A stretch of 64,000 bases of DNA, from the NCBI RefSeq assembly GCF_001194135.2, contig NC_068999.1, forward strand, positions 24,166,982-24,230,981, given 5' to 3'. The notes under the pieces are model-generated. The model searched no databases. It saw nothing but the letters and a program-made list of their open reading frames with translations, and was not told the DNA's origin. Positions 38,658 through 52,440 of the stretch are shown in pieces (the first letter of the stretch is position 1; the number at the start of each line of letters is the position of its first letter). This stretch comes from Octopus bimaculoides (taxonomy: Eukaryota). Both the position numbers and the translations under genes were made by a program.

Positions 38658-39900
38658 TACAGGGTTTTGTGGCTTATCTGACAGCTTGAATAAAAGGAAA
38701 AGAAAACATAATATACCATCCAAGAATAAAAATATTTTAAAGGATCAAAAACTATCAACTAGATTATGTCTAGGTGATAACACCTTTCTCAAAGTAGCTA
38801 CCCTCTGCTTCCACCCTGGTCCCAGGAGAGCTCTGGAATGTGGCTCATGTGTCCCTCACTGTGTCTCTAGGAAGATCTTCAGATACCTCTTTAATCTTGG
38901 ACACAAGCTGAGCCTTGGTGTTGCAAGTAAAGTGGTTGGTGTCTTTCTCACTACACATAGTAATCTATGGAATTTCATTTGGGGAGATTAGAAGGCCAGG
39001 AATTAAGGCTGGTGAAGTTGTACTAATTCTCCAGCAACCACTTCTGACTCTTTCTGGAGGAATGATAAGGTGCTGAACCCTGCTGCCACAAATATGGCCT
39101 TCCAGCAACAATCCTCACCACCAGCTTCACCTTGATATCCGAAGTGAGCCTAAGGCATTGTTCAAAGATGTGGGGGTGGTATGACATATCCCTCACTGGA
39201 GGCACAGCCAAACACCATCACAGTTTGTTGAAACTTGGTTTTCATGATATGTGGGACATCACATGGATTATAGGCAAGCCACCTGTTGTTCTGGGTGTTG
39301 TGCAACTGGTACTCACAGAATCCATTTTCATCTGAGAACCAGATCGTTCCCTGTTCAACAGGATGCCTCAACTTATTCAGGAGTCCTGAATAAGTTGAGG
39401 CATCCTGTTGAACAGGGAACGATCTGGTTCTCAGATGAAAATGGTTTCTGTGAGGCCCAGTTGCACAACACCCAGAACAACAGGTGGCTTGCCTACAATC
39501 CATGCTTTAGCTTCATTCAAGTGGTTGTCTTTGGCCTTGGCAGTCAGAATATATTCCTTGCACCTCTTGTATGAGTGGTAGCTCAGGTCCTCATTCAGGG
39601 CTAGCTTCATGATAGTGACTTCAACACTCATCTTTCACTAAAGCCGAAATTCCCTTGCTTGGATATTCCATCACCTTGTCCTGCAGTTGGATGAATTCAG
39701 GCACATAGATACAGCCAGAGCACCAGCTGTGTCCCTCCTAACTGCCCATGTCATGTCTTACAGTCTTTACGTTAGTTACAGAGTGTTGAGCAGCCATCAG
39801 GACATTGACCTTTTGCTACCTTGCACGAATCATCACAATACAAGAAATTCTTTTACAGTATGGCAGCTCATTTTTTTCTGAACTATAACTTTAATCTTTA
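38658..39900 (-). mobile_element. maT-like (DD37D) Tc1/mariner transposase remnant containing an inverted duplication
   Basis: Minus-strand IWFSDE...HNTQNNRWLA...TKFQQTVMVFGCASSEG...WQQ(G)SAPYH...NSIDYY, with 37 residues between the second (mutated to G) and third catalytic positions. Boundaries are approximate; a possible 3' TIR is tacagggttt at 38658. Confidence 0.8.
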
Positions 39901-40529
39901 TACTCTCCAGCACCATTGACTGTTCACCAGTACACCAAGCTGTTCCTAAAAATAAAAATAAAAGGGGTAGGGCACATGAAAATTGTCAAATTTAACCCAA
40001 AAACCTTGTATAGATAAATGCTTGTAGTTAAATTTATTTTTACATTCATGCACACACACATGCTCATCTACGCATACATGCTTATATGTATATTTCTTAA
40101 TAGCTGCATAAAGACAAACATGTAAACAATTACATTTAAAAAAGCATAACAAGATTGTGTATGAATATGGATATATGCAGTAAAAGGAGATAACAAGAGA
40201 AATTATTAGGTGATAATAAAATTAGATGCTGGCATGTAAATAAGTTATAGAAAAGTGTTGAAAAATTTGTATATGTTTGGTTAAACTAGTATAAATAATG
40301 GTTAAGTTGGAATAGTAACATCTCTATAAATGTGTAAGATGAATTAAAAATTACCTATTGAGGTGTGAAATTGGTTGTAAACATTTGTATGTCTTGAATA
40401 TTTTATGATGGCAGTAAGCAATATTTTCTGAATGTCTGTTGAAAATAGGCACCTTTGTAATGAGAATTTCCTAACACGCTCACACTTATAGCAGTATCGG
40501 ATTTAGCTTTAGACATGACTTTCTGTATT

Positions 40530-40962
40530 ATACTCTTTTACTCTTTTACTTGTTTCAGTCATTTGACTGTGGCCATGCTGGAGTACCGCCTTTAGTCGAA
40601 CAAATTGACCCTAGGACTTATTCTTTGTAAGCCTAGTACTTATTCTATCGGTCTCTTTTGCCGAACCGCTAAGTTACGGGGACGCAAACACACCAGCATC
40701 AGTTGTCAAGCGATGGAGGGGGGACAAACACAGACACACAAACACACATACATACATATATATANNNNNNNNNNTATATATATATATACACATATATACG
40801 ACGGGCTTCTTTCAGTTTCCGCCTACCAAATCCACTCACAAGGTTTTGGTCAGCCCGAGGCTATAGTAGAAGACACTTGCCCAAGGTGCCACACAGTAGG
40901 ACTGAACCCGGAACCATGTGGTTGGTAAGCAAGCTACTTACCACACAGCCACTCCTGCGCCT
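40530..40962 (-). mobile_element. tRNA-derived SINE family A, full-length
   Basis: Same structure as 36958-37412. Confidence 0.9.
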
Positions 40963-41944
40963 ATACTGAATTTTTTTTTTTTCAATGTCTTTGAAATTCC
41001 ATATCAAAATAGAAAGCAAGGTGACATTTTTTCCTATAGGATTTTGGAATGAATTTGTGTACTGATTAGAATTAAACTGAAAATTATTAGCAGTAAGGCC
41101 AGTACAAGCTTTATATTTTTCATATAACTCACTTTTTCCCATTAATCAAGTGTAAACTCACCTGGCTAGTAATCTCTAAGAAGCCTGTTATTTAATTTAT
41201 TTATTTATATATTTATACATTTTAACTCTTAAACTGGTATAGTGCTTTCTCTATGTAAATCTCCCAATCCTGTTAGAAACTAGAGATTTTAAAGAAACTG
41301 CAGTTATTCTAGTATAAAAATCATAGAAATATTACTATTGCATGAGTTTGGATTAAACTTGGTTATTGGATTATTAGTGTACATTGCAGATGTAATTTTT
41401 CCTGGTTGTTGTTGATTTTTACTTGTTGTCATATCACTGTTTCCCAATTACAGGTGGTGTGTTAACATATATGTATAAGATAACGATTCGTGGGCATCGA
41501 TTTTCTTTCTCAAAGCTGAACTTGTGTTCCAGTAGTCTTTTTAACTTTGAAACTGCACAATTTCCATTAAGAAAATGCATTCCAAGATATGCCCCCATCT
41601 TCTCCATTCATGTAATAAAGGTGGTGTTGACATGCATACTTTTGGTCTCATCATTCATCCTACCCAATATTCCTTGAGGATAAAGTTAAGAAAATATTCA
41701 GTGAGTTTTGCTTCTACATTCAAAGGATTTGTAGAGCCCACATCATTAACGAAAGCATTAATGCAACAATCAACTAGATGATCATCCTACTCTTGTTCAG
41801 AATTATCTTTGTTATTACTGCTCAATAAATCCAGATTAAATTCCAATCAGAATCACTGATCACTGGTGTGTAGAGATGATACTGAAATATATCGTCCAAA
41901 CCCAAGCTTTGTCTAATCAAATCATTAATAATATAACTGAATTC

Positions 41945-42390
41945 TTTAAGGCAGTGAGCTGGCAGAATCATTAGCCCACTGGGAAAAATGCTTAGTGGCA
42001 TTTTGTCTGTCCTTACTTTCTGAGCTCAAATCCCACCAAGGCTGACTTTGCCTGTCATTTTTCTTGGGCTCATTTAAATAAGTACCAGTAATGCACTGGT
42101 GTCAATTTAATTGACTAGCTCCCTCCTCCTAAGTTTCAGGCCTTGTACCTGTTATAAAAAAGAATATTAATGAATTCTTTAAGGTGGTGAGCTGGCAGAA
42201 TTGTTACCATGCTGGAGAAAATGCTTAGTGGCATTTTGTCCCTCTTTATGTTCTGAGTACAAATTCCATCGAGGTGGACTTTACCGTTCATCCCTCCTGG
42301 AGTTGCTAAAATAAATACCAGCTGAGCAGTAACCAACCTATTCCCTCCACTGAAATTGCTGACCTTGTGTTAAAATTTGAAATCAATATT
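41945..42390 (+). mobile_element. Tandem pair of SINE family B
   Basis: Two consecutive aggcagtgagctggcagaat... units. Confidence 0.8.
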
Positions 42391-42754
42391 ATTGAATTCT
42401 AACTCACTGCTTTGGGTATTGCCGATCATGATACTCAAAACCTGAAGCAAGAAAAAAATCTGAAGAAATTCATTGGATAAACAACAAATACAAATATACA
42501 AGATGTGAACAGGAAATCTTTTGATAGGAAGTTTCTTCTAAAATGAGGCTAAACTTTGCTTCTCACACAGAAGAGTGCTTAGTTTCTGTTTCATAGCTCC
42601 AAACAATGACACTGTTTGAATTGCTGTTTAGTTGCGTGGAGTTCAGGATTTGGTGTTGACTGTGCTTATTTGTGGGACAGGACTTTAGGAATTAAATATT
42701 TTCCCAATATGCTTAGAATTAAATTTCTACCATTATTATCTTTACTTTTTTATC

Positions 42755-43105
42755 ATTTACCTGTGCCAATCATTGGACTGTAGCCATGCTGGGGCACTGC
42801 CTTGAAGGGTTTTAGTCAAACAAATCAATCCCAGTACTTATTTTTAAGCCTGGTGCTTATTCTGTTGGTCGTTTTTTGCAAACTGATAAATTACGGGGCC
42901 ACAAACAAACTAACACCAGTTGTCAAGCAGTGGCGGGAGATAAACGCAAACATAAAAATACACAGACACAAATAGATATATATATGACAAGTTTCTTCCA
43001 GTTTCCATCTACCAAATCCACTCAGAAGGCTTTGGTCAGCCCAGGGCTATAGTAGAAGACATTTGTTTAAGGTGCTATGCAGTGGGATTAAACCCAAAAC
43101 CATGT
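42755..43105 (-). mobile_element. SINE family A (5'-truncated)
   Basis: Shares ccatgctggggcactgcc...ctatagtagaagac...aaaccatgtgg. Confidence 0.8.
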
Positions 43106-44179
43106 GGAAAAAAAAAAAAAAAAGAAACCAGTTCTGACTGACACCATCATGGAAATTTACTGATAGTAATTTTGATTTTGAGAAATATTTTATATCACTG
43201 CTGCAAGACACGCACATATAAGGCATTTAAGTTTTCCTATTAATTAGAACTTGTTCTAGTTTAAAACATGTAATATTGATTTTGAATGCTATAACATATT
43301 ATTTGGACATTTAATAAATCTCAGTGAGAGGATGTCTGAGTTAGACAAAAATAATAAATTGTAGGAAAGCATTTAGACAACTGGCTGTAATCTTGTAGAC
43401 CAGTTAAATAATAAAATCAGTGATGCACATAAAGATTCAAGATGTTTAAGAAGCTTGAGAAAGTTGAGAATGACTATGATTTACATAAAATTAGTGAAGA
43501 TGATATAAAAATGTAAAAAGGATGAAAGCTGTGAACAGACATGAGAAATGAAAAGTGAGGATTTTAGCGAAGAGAAAGTATTATGAAATGTAGCAATAAC
43601 AGCATTGAAAATATTTCAGATGCGAATTACTTCCAAATATAACTTCACATGAACTAATTTTTTGATATTTGTTACTAATATATGTTGACAGACTATCATA
43701 TTAGAATTATAAACTTCAAGTTGTTCTCAGAAAAATAATTCCATAAACTTTGGCATAAGTCATATTATGCAAAGGATATTATCCTTAAAGCTAATACACT
43801 GTTGGTAAAGATCAATATTTTCTTTTGATGTTCTTTGAGAAGAAAATTATGCAAAGCTTATGTCAAAAGAAAGATGTTACTAATAGCATCAAATTTCTTC
43901 ACATTGTAGGGTAAATTATAGAGAATTGTATATTTGAAATGTGAAATAGTGAAACAAAAGAAATATTTAGCATTCAAAAAAAGAAGATTGTTGTGCTTGT
44001 AAATAAAGACCAGAATAAAGAACAAAAACGTGTTGAGAATAAACCAGGAAATGACAGTTGCAAAGAGTATTGAATCAATTTGGTTAAATTTCTTTTCTTA
44101 AGCATGGAACTGTCTTGAGAAGAATAGGATTATTTTTTCAGTAAACTTAAAGAATGTCATTTATAGATATTTTCATCAA

Positions 44180-44555
44180 TAGGCATGGCTGAGTGATAAG
44201 AAGCTTGCTTCCCAACCATATCGTTTTGAGTTCAGTCCCACTGTGTGGGACTTCTACTATAGCCTTGACCAGCCAAAGCCTTGTGAGTGGATTGGTAGAT
44301 GGAACTGAAAGAAGCCCATCATGTGTATATATGTGTGATTGTGTGTATGTGTGTGTGTGTGTGTGTGTGCTTTTGCCCCCCCACTACTTCTTGACAACCA
44401 GTGTTGGTGTGTCTAAATCCCCTGTAACTTAGCGAATTGGCAAAAGAGACTGATAGAATAAGTACTAGGCCTAGGCCGATTTGTTTAACTGAAGCCCTCC
44501 AAGGCAGTGCCCCAGCATGGCTACAGTCTAATGACTGAAACAAGTAAAAGATAAG
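44180..44555 (+). mobile_element. SINE family A
   Basis: Head ggcatggctgagtgataagaagcttgcttcccaacc through tail gaaacaagtaaaagataag. Confidence 0.85.
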
Positions 44556-45544
44556 ATTGTTAGTAAAATAGTGTTTAGTTAACAATGCAGCTGTTACTTT
44601 AATGACTTGAATTTCTACTGAACATTTGGGTCAAATTAAAGAGCTGTAAATTAGTGATCACTCATTTATTTTTCAGTTCTTGTGAATCCATCGCCATTCA
44701 GCAAGAGGAAGAATTCCTTGGATACTAATGAAGCAAGATTAAGTCTAGATATTGGAATAAAGCTGTTGATTGGACCTGTTTGAACAGAACATTTTATTAA
44801 ATATGTTAGTGTATATCAACTGTTGTGGGTCAGTTATGATAAAGTTTAACCCGTTAGCATTTTAAATGGCCATATGCAGCACAAATATTCTGTTTGTTTG
44901 TAATTTGAATGCTAATGAATTAACCTAAATTCCATGATTTTAAATAGTTAAGAAAGTTTTCCATTCTTAGATAATACTGTCATTCTTTTGTTGTCTTTGC
45001 CCATGTGGGATTTGAATTCTGAAACTGAAACTCATGAAGCTTCTAATTACATAATGTTCTTAATGCTTATATTAATTATATCAAGACCACTTAATGATAC
45101 CAATTTATAAGGCAAAGATATTGACAGTTAAGTCTTTTATCATTCACTGTGTGCATCACTGGTGACAGTTGTCAGACAATTGGCTTTTGGGTTGGCAAGC
45201 TAATATACTAATTACTTAGTGAGCTACAGATCTTCACTATTCAGTGAGAAATATGTTTATGTGGATAACATTTGGAGGGAAAGTGCAAATCTTATTTCAG
45301 ATTAGGCATTTTCATGGTAACAAATATGGAAGCTCATGGTGATGATGATGATAATGATGGTGATGGTGATGGTGATGATCATTTTAACACCTAATTTTCA
45401 ATGCTTACATGAATCGAATGGAGTTTATTGAGGTAGATTTTCTTTTGCCAGATGCCCTTCCTGTTGTAAACCTTCATCTATTTCCAAGCAACATAAAATT
45501 ATCCCATGGTCAGATATGTTATTGCAGAATATTGGAAATGAAAG

Positions 45545-45760
45545 GCAGCAAGCTGGCGGAAACATTAGCATGCCGGGTGAAATGCTTAGCGGTATTGTGT
45601 CTGTCTTTACATTCTGAGTTCAAATTCTGCTGAGGTCAACTTTGCCTTTCATCCTTTCATGGTCGATAAATTAAGTACCAGTTGTGTACTGGTGTTGATC
45701 TAATTGACTGGTCCCCCCCCCCAATTTCGAGCCTTGTGCCTAGAGTAGAAAAGAATATTG
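45545..45760 (+). mobile_element. SINE family B
   Basis: aggcagcaagctggcggaaacattagcatgccggg...gccttgtgcctagagtagaaaag. Confidence 0.8.
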
Positions 45761-45903
45761 GGAATGAATGACACTGTTTGCATGACATTGACACTAGTCT
45801 ACAGCTATCATGTGATGTCAAAACAAGGAGACATAGATATACACACTCATTCTCACAGATAACTCTCACACACACACACACACACTCATTCTCACAGATA
45901 ACT

Positions 45904-45978
<75 letters not shown>

Positions 45979-46510
45979 TGCTTCTTTCAATTTTTGTTTG
46001 CTAAATCCACTCACAAGACTTTTGTTGACCTGAAGCTATAGTAGAAGGTATTTGCTCGAGGTGCCAGATACTGGAACTGAACCTGAAACCATGTAGTTGG
46101 AAAGCAAACTTTTTCCACCTCACTATTATGGCTTGCACCTCACAGCTGCATCTGAATTTTTTTTCCCTTGAAAATTAAATTTTCAATTAATTTTTTTAAA
46201 CAGAGCATTGAGTTACACTTCAATTCAAATTATGAGTTAACATCTCAGACAACTTAGTTTTTGCAGCTTGATGAAATTTCTTTCTTTACTTTTCTGTTCA
46301 CCTTTGAAAAAAACCTTTGTCTGTCAAAACCCAGACACCATTAATAATTGTCTTTATATCTGCTCTCACTTGGTTATAAATCATTACCACTTTAGTACTT
46401 TGGAAAGTAAAGATATTCCTATCTGTAAACAATAATTGATATTTTACTTTCCAGGATATTCTGTGTGAATAGTTCTGTACACTTGCACACACATATAGTT
46501 TTAAGCAATG

Positions 46511-46543
<33 letters not shown>

Positions 46544-46590
46544 TATATATAAATATATGTATATGTATATTTTATTTTCTATCTTTTCAG

Positions 46591-46647
46591 AGACTTATAC
46601 TTTATCTTAGTATTGGAGCATTATTGGACTGTGTAGCCTACCTAATG
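46591..46647 (+). CDS. Internal coding exon (57 nt, phase 0 to 0) of the same GPCR; TM2
   Basis: Acceptor ttttattttctatcttttcag| and consensus donor ATG|gtaagt. Encodes RLILYLSIGALLDCVAYLM, a hydrophobic helix with the RL(I)LYLS motif typical of TM2 in CAR/CrlA-like GPCRs. Confidence 0.75.
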
Positions 46648-48914
46648 GTAAGTAAAATATAATTATAACTATAACAATTTAGAAGAAATATTTAAAATGA
46701 GTTACAAGGTTACCTTTAATACAGCCAAAATATATTATTGCAAATATATAAACTCAATGACATAAACATTTCAAAGGGTGAGTGATCATGTAGAGGTTTG
46801 GGTCAGTGTAGGTGGAACTTGTGTATCTTGCATTTTATATTTCTATCGTAGTGTAATGTTGGTGACTGATTTTACAAAAGCCTGTGATCAGTGAGTTTGT
46901 TTACTGTTGCAGTGCTACTATTTTACTTAAAGTTATTATTGAGACATGAAATGTGGCATGCCCTTTGTTATTCTGATGAATTATTTTGTGCATTTTGTTT
47001 TTCCTTATTGCTAGATTTGTCAATTATGTCTGATACAAATGTTTGCCAGTTTTCTACTTCTCTTTGGTATATTCTCTATGTTATTTCCGTGTTTAATTGC
47101 TTACTGCTGAGTTTTATTTCTGTTCTCTGAGGCATTGATGTATTTGAGTTTGGTTATTTCAGTTATGTAATTAGGCTTGTACTTTTTATGTTACTTTGTA
47201 GACATCTTTTGGTAACTTCTATAATTATTTTCTTCTAAATATGTAATATAGTAGCTTTGTTGGTGACTGTATTGTTGCTAAGTTTTACAAATTGTAATTC
47301 TGTCTCTTGGTTGCAAGTTATTCCTCTGGGCTTTTTTACACTCTATAAAGTATTTTATAAAATACTTTATAAAAGTGGTTTTGTTTAGTTCACAATGTTT
47401 AGGTAAGTATGGTGGTCATAGAAGTGTTGGAGGATTGTTTAGTTTGTAAATGTGATGGATAAGTATGTGGAACAGAAAGAGATATCTGAAGAGAAGTCAC
47501 TGTTGTTAGTCTTTGTGTTCATGAGATGTTGGGAAAAGATGTGAAAAGAGTTTAACTCTTTCAAATTATTGAATTATTCTGTTGAATGTTATGTTTATTC
47601 ATTCACATTTAAAAAAAATTAACCATGCATTATCTCGTAACTTTGAGATTTCAATGATGTGATTGTTTATTTTTAGAATAACATTATAGGGAAGGTGTGA
47701 GAAGCTAGTCTGGGATGGTTTGAACATAAAACAGGTAGACTGGATATGACTGGTTTGAATACTAAAAGGTTAATTATGATACTAATCTGTCTCGCTTGTA
47801 GTTTATATTATTTATGAACCAGGATGTGTTGTATGCAGTGACGTTTCCCATCACTTATAGTTTTACGAGTGTGTTAAGGTGATTAAGATGTTATAACTGT
47901 GGTATGTAGTTTGGTGGGTTAGTGAGGTTGGTGCTAATATACACAAGTATTACATTAATGCTTCATTCTGCTGAATTTTGTCATGGATACTTGTGTTTTT
48001 ATGCCTTATTAATATTGTCATTTGTGGTGTCTACATTTTGTGATGCATAATTATGTGCTTATTATAAGGCTGCTACACTGAGTTAGCTTACTGGGATGAA
48101 ATTAGGGATTTGAGGGAGCTTGAAGACGGACTGTAGTGCAACCAAATGTAAATGTTTTGGCTTACAAATATAATGTTTGTGCTTGTATTGTTGTTGTTCT
48201 CTTGTAAGGTAAAAGGTTTTATTGATTTTTGGCTCTGGTCACCAGCTGTTGTGAGAAGTGATAAAAATGAAGCCCAATTTGAAAGAAATCATTGACAACT
48301 CTTTACTATATTAAAATGTGTAGCTTTATATACTTTGTGTTCCACTGTTAAAACAATTTATAAATATGTCTATTTTTGTTATGCTACATGTTAATTTTTT
48401 CTGAATCTCCAATGGGCCATTCAAGAAATATTTTGATAAACAAAAATTCAACTTGGCAACGTGCATGTGTGTGTGCTAAAATGCTTGATTGTATTCTGAA
48501 TGGTATATGTATGTGCATGTGGCAGTAGTAGGTTTTAACTGGATAGCATTTACAAAAAGTTTACAGTATGTTTGTGTGTCGGATAGCCCGACTGGTCATA
48601 ACAGTTTTGTTTTTTTATTTTCATTGCCTGTCAATAGACTCATTTATTGTACTGGTGATATTGGTACCTTCTGCTATTGGTCAGACACCAATAGCCAAGG
48701 GCTAAAATGTACTCTTCTCTGTTGATGCATTTCTCTTTCAAAAACTTGGCTCTGACTGGTTGTGTATGACTTCTTGTTATCTGTTTCTATATTTGAAACT
48801 AACTGAACGAGTTATGAGAGTAAGGTCAAGAAGTGTTAAACTGACATTTCTGGTTGGTTAAAAGAGGTCAGAAGATACAAAAAATAAAATAACTTACATG
48901 TTTCTAAAGTAAAG

Positions 48915-49340
48915 TATACATTTTGGCACAAGGCCAGCAATTGCAGGAAAGAGGATAAGTTGATTAAATTGACCCCAGTGTTCAACTGGTACTTATTTTA
49001 CTGACTCTGACAGGATGAAAGCCAAACTGGATCTCAGCAGAATTTGAACTCAGAGTATAAAGACAGACAAAATGCTGCTAAACATTTTGTCTGGCATGTT
49101 GCCTTAAATTATACATAAATATTGATTTCAAATTTTGGCACAAGGCCAACAAGTTTGAGGTGGGGGGCTAAGGCAATTACATCAACTCCAGTGATCAACT
49201 GTAATCAAATTTTATTAACCCCAAAAGGATGAAAGGCAAAATCAACCTCCACAGAATTTGAACTCAGAATGTAAAGACAAACGAAATGCCAAAAGCATTT
49301 TACCTGTCATGCTAGTGATTCTGCCAGCTCGCTGCCTTAA
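48915..49340 (-). mobile_element. Tandem pair of SINE family B
   Basis: Two consecutive ttttggcacaaggcc...ctgccagctcgctgcct units. Confidence 0.8.
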
Positions 49341-49519
49341 AGTATACATAAATATTACAAACACAAATTGGTTAAAATGCCAAGATTAGCTGTAAATGGA
49401 CCATACGTTCAGGGTTTGAAACTTAGCCAGTTTTCTGTTACAGTAGCTTTATCCCTTGCATCGCCACAATGTGAATGTTCAACATGATGGTAACGTTGTG
49501 TTGTAGCATCTTTTGTGTT

Positions 49520-49905
49520 TCAGTCATTAGACTGCAGCCATGCTAGAGCACCACCTTGGAGAACTTTTGGTTGAATGAATTGACCCCAGTACTTTTCTTT
49601 TTTTAAGCCTATTTCTTATTCTATTGGTCTCTTTTTGCTGAATTGCTAAGTTACGGGGGTGTAAACAAACCAACACAAGTTGTCAAGCGGTGGTTGGGGA
49701 CCCACATAGGTACAAAGACACACACACATAAATATATATTCACAATGGGCTACTTTCAGTTTCTTTCTACCAAATCCACTCAAGACTTTTGTTTGCCCTG
49801 AAGCTATAGTAGAAGACACTTGCTCAAGGTGCCATGCAGTGGGACTGAACTTGGAACTATGCGGTTGGGAAGGAAGCTTCTTACCACACAGCCATGTCTG
49901 TGCCT
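49520..49905 (-). mobile_element. SINE family A
   Basis: gtttcagtcattagactgcagccatgc...cttaccacacagcc. Confidence 0.85.
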
Positions 49906-52224
49906 GTGTTCAACCTTTTTTTTAATATAATGGCTGTGTGTTGTACCCTAGATACTTTGGTTGTTGCTGTGTGTAATTAACATGGACTTTGGTATGTTAG
50001 TTGTTTTTGTTGTACTATGTGCAATAAAATCACTGTTGGATATGGTGACTTTAAGAAGGGAATAATGGTAGTACTTTTTTTTTGTTCATTGTCATTGTAT
50101 CTCATGATTCAAGATATGTTTGGGTGAGTGAGATCTTGTTGCTTTGTGTCGTATGTTTGTATGTGAGTATGATCTGAGATATAACTTTGTTAGGTACTTA
50201 GTATCTGTTTTATGCAGAACAGCTGTGTTTGAATTTGTTCAGGTTTAGTATTTTCATCTTTCAGCTTTGTATCATCTGAACAGTGCTCCAAGTATGACCA
50301 TTTCATCTTTTTAGATGTAATACAAACACACACACACACAGTTGTATGTATGTATGTATACATAAACACGCATACACACATACAAAATTGTGTATACACA
50401 CATACAAAATTGAATATATTAGTGTGTCTTTCTCTTCTTAAGATGTAGGTAGGGAATGGTTTGGCAGATTTGGCTGCTTATTCTAGCAGATCAAGTGACT
50501 ACTTAGAGGTTCCCTTCTTATGAGAGTGATTGTATAGTGAGCCTGTTATGCAGTTATTGGAGGATATTTTTAAGGTCTGTTCATAAGCATATATTCCTGC
50601 TAAAAGGCATCTGAGTTGCATGGACACGACCCATAAAGACAGGAAGGGAGTATAATCTGCATAGGAACATTTGTGGATAGAAGTATCAGAAAGTAGTTAA
50701 TTAATGTTTGAAAGACATAACCGGTAACTTTGTTGATAGAATGAATGCTGAAGAGAACCTCATTCATCCACATTGTGATTAAGATATCTGTCAGATACTT
50801 TCCTATTCAGAAGATATTTGAAAAATGATTTTTCATGGTAGATGAAGAAGAATGCTTTGCTGATGACAAAAGCAATAATTTCATTTTTGTCAAAGTTATC
50901 AAAGACAGAGACTATTGCTGTGTAACATAAGAAAGAAATACTCTATTGGTTCTGTCTGTATGGAAATGAAAAGAGTTGATTATTTATAACTTTCTCTATT
51001 ATCTTTGAGATGTTTAGAGTGATGTTGTAGTTGACAGTGTCTTAGATATTACTTGCACTGAAGAGAATACACACTGTCATGTGTGTCTATAACTTGAGAA
51101 AGGTTTCCATAGAAGTATAAACATTGTAAAGATGTGTGTTTGCTCATTAGCTTCTTGTTTAAAGAGGATACCAGTAACACTTCCAAGGCTGGTTGCTTCA
51201 TTGAGCTTAAATTTTCAAAGAAGTCTGTACACTTAGCAGCTATATGCACATTATGATGTGGCAAATGTGCTGAATAAATCAGTTGAAGAGAAAAAGAAAG
51301 AGAGAGGGGGAGGGAGAGAGAGAGAGAGTGTGTGTGCGTGTGTGCACGTGTGTGTGTGTGTGTGTGTGTGCATGCGCACATACATGCAGAGTTAAGAGCA
51401 AAATGGGTTCCTTTATATGTAGAGGTACCACTTACAAAGTCATCTGGAACAGGCTTTTATGATTGATACATGATGGAGAATAGTTTTTAAGCTACCACAT
51501 AACAGCTTCAGATGGATTGAAAGTGAGGCACATTTTCTGCTAAAGGTTGTCAGCATAGAATTGGTTGAGTTCTAGTTAACTAACCAATGAAATATCAAAG
51601 AACTCAATGCAGTGATACTGATGTGGATTGAGTTGCAATGATGAGAAAGTAATCAGATAATCACATTAAGCAAATACTTCAATGTGAGAGCAAAGGTTGA
51701 GTTTGAAAGGTATTTCCATGGTTGAGGTGTTGTTCAAGTATAAGAATATGTGATATGACTTCTAGTGTAAACAGTTCAAGATGGCAAATGTTTCAGCTTT
51801 GAGTGAAGTGAGAGAACCAGGAGGAATTGTCTATTATTCATTCAGGTTGCGTATATTACTTTCCTTTAGATTTTGTGGCTGTTCAGTGGATTGTCTGTCA
51901 TTCTTCACTATACACCACTGAAATTTGTGTAGAAATTAATCCTTTTGAAATATCATTTCAAGTTAAAATATAAACTATGTTGGTTTCACAGTTAATAACT
52001 TGACTACACCATCTATGATTGAGAATATTTCTGGTCTTCTTTCATTTAATATAACTGCTTAAGTATTCAAATTTTATAAATCACTCTAAAGAATCCAATA
52101 ACATATTGTTAGAAATATTACTAAATATTGTATTGTTATTATTATATAATATTGAATATTGTATTTATATACAATACTTTGTGAAACCAGTGTAAATTAC
52201 TTTATAATTTGCTGTGGATAATAT

Positions 52225-52440
52225 TGATTTCAAATATTGGCACAAGGCCAGCAGTTTTGGGGTAAGAGTTAAGTAGATTACATCAACACCAGTGCTCAAC
52301 TGGTACTTATTTTATTGATTCTGAAAGGATGAAAGGCAAAGTAGATCCTCAGTAGAATTTGAACACAGAATGTGCAGACGGATGAAATGCCACTAAGCAT
52401 TTTACCTGGTGTGCTAACAATTCTGCCAGCTTACTGCCTT
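52225..52440 (-). mobile_element. SINE family B
   Basis: ttggcacaaggccagcag...ttctgccagcttactgcct. Confidence 0.8.

Noticed and set aside
44679-44790. Good acceptor (ttatttttcag) followed by short reading frames
   Set aside because: No convincing donor, early stops, and no fit between the TM1 and TM2 exons, which already join in frame.
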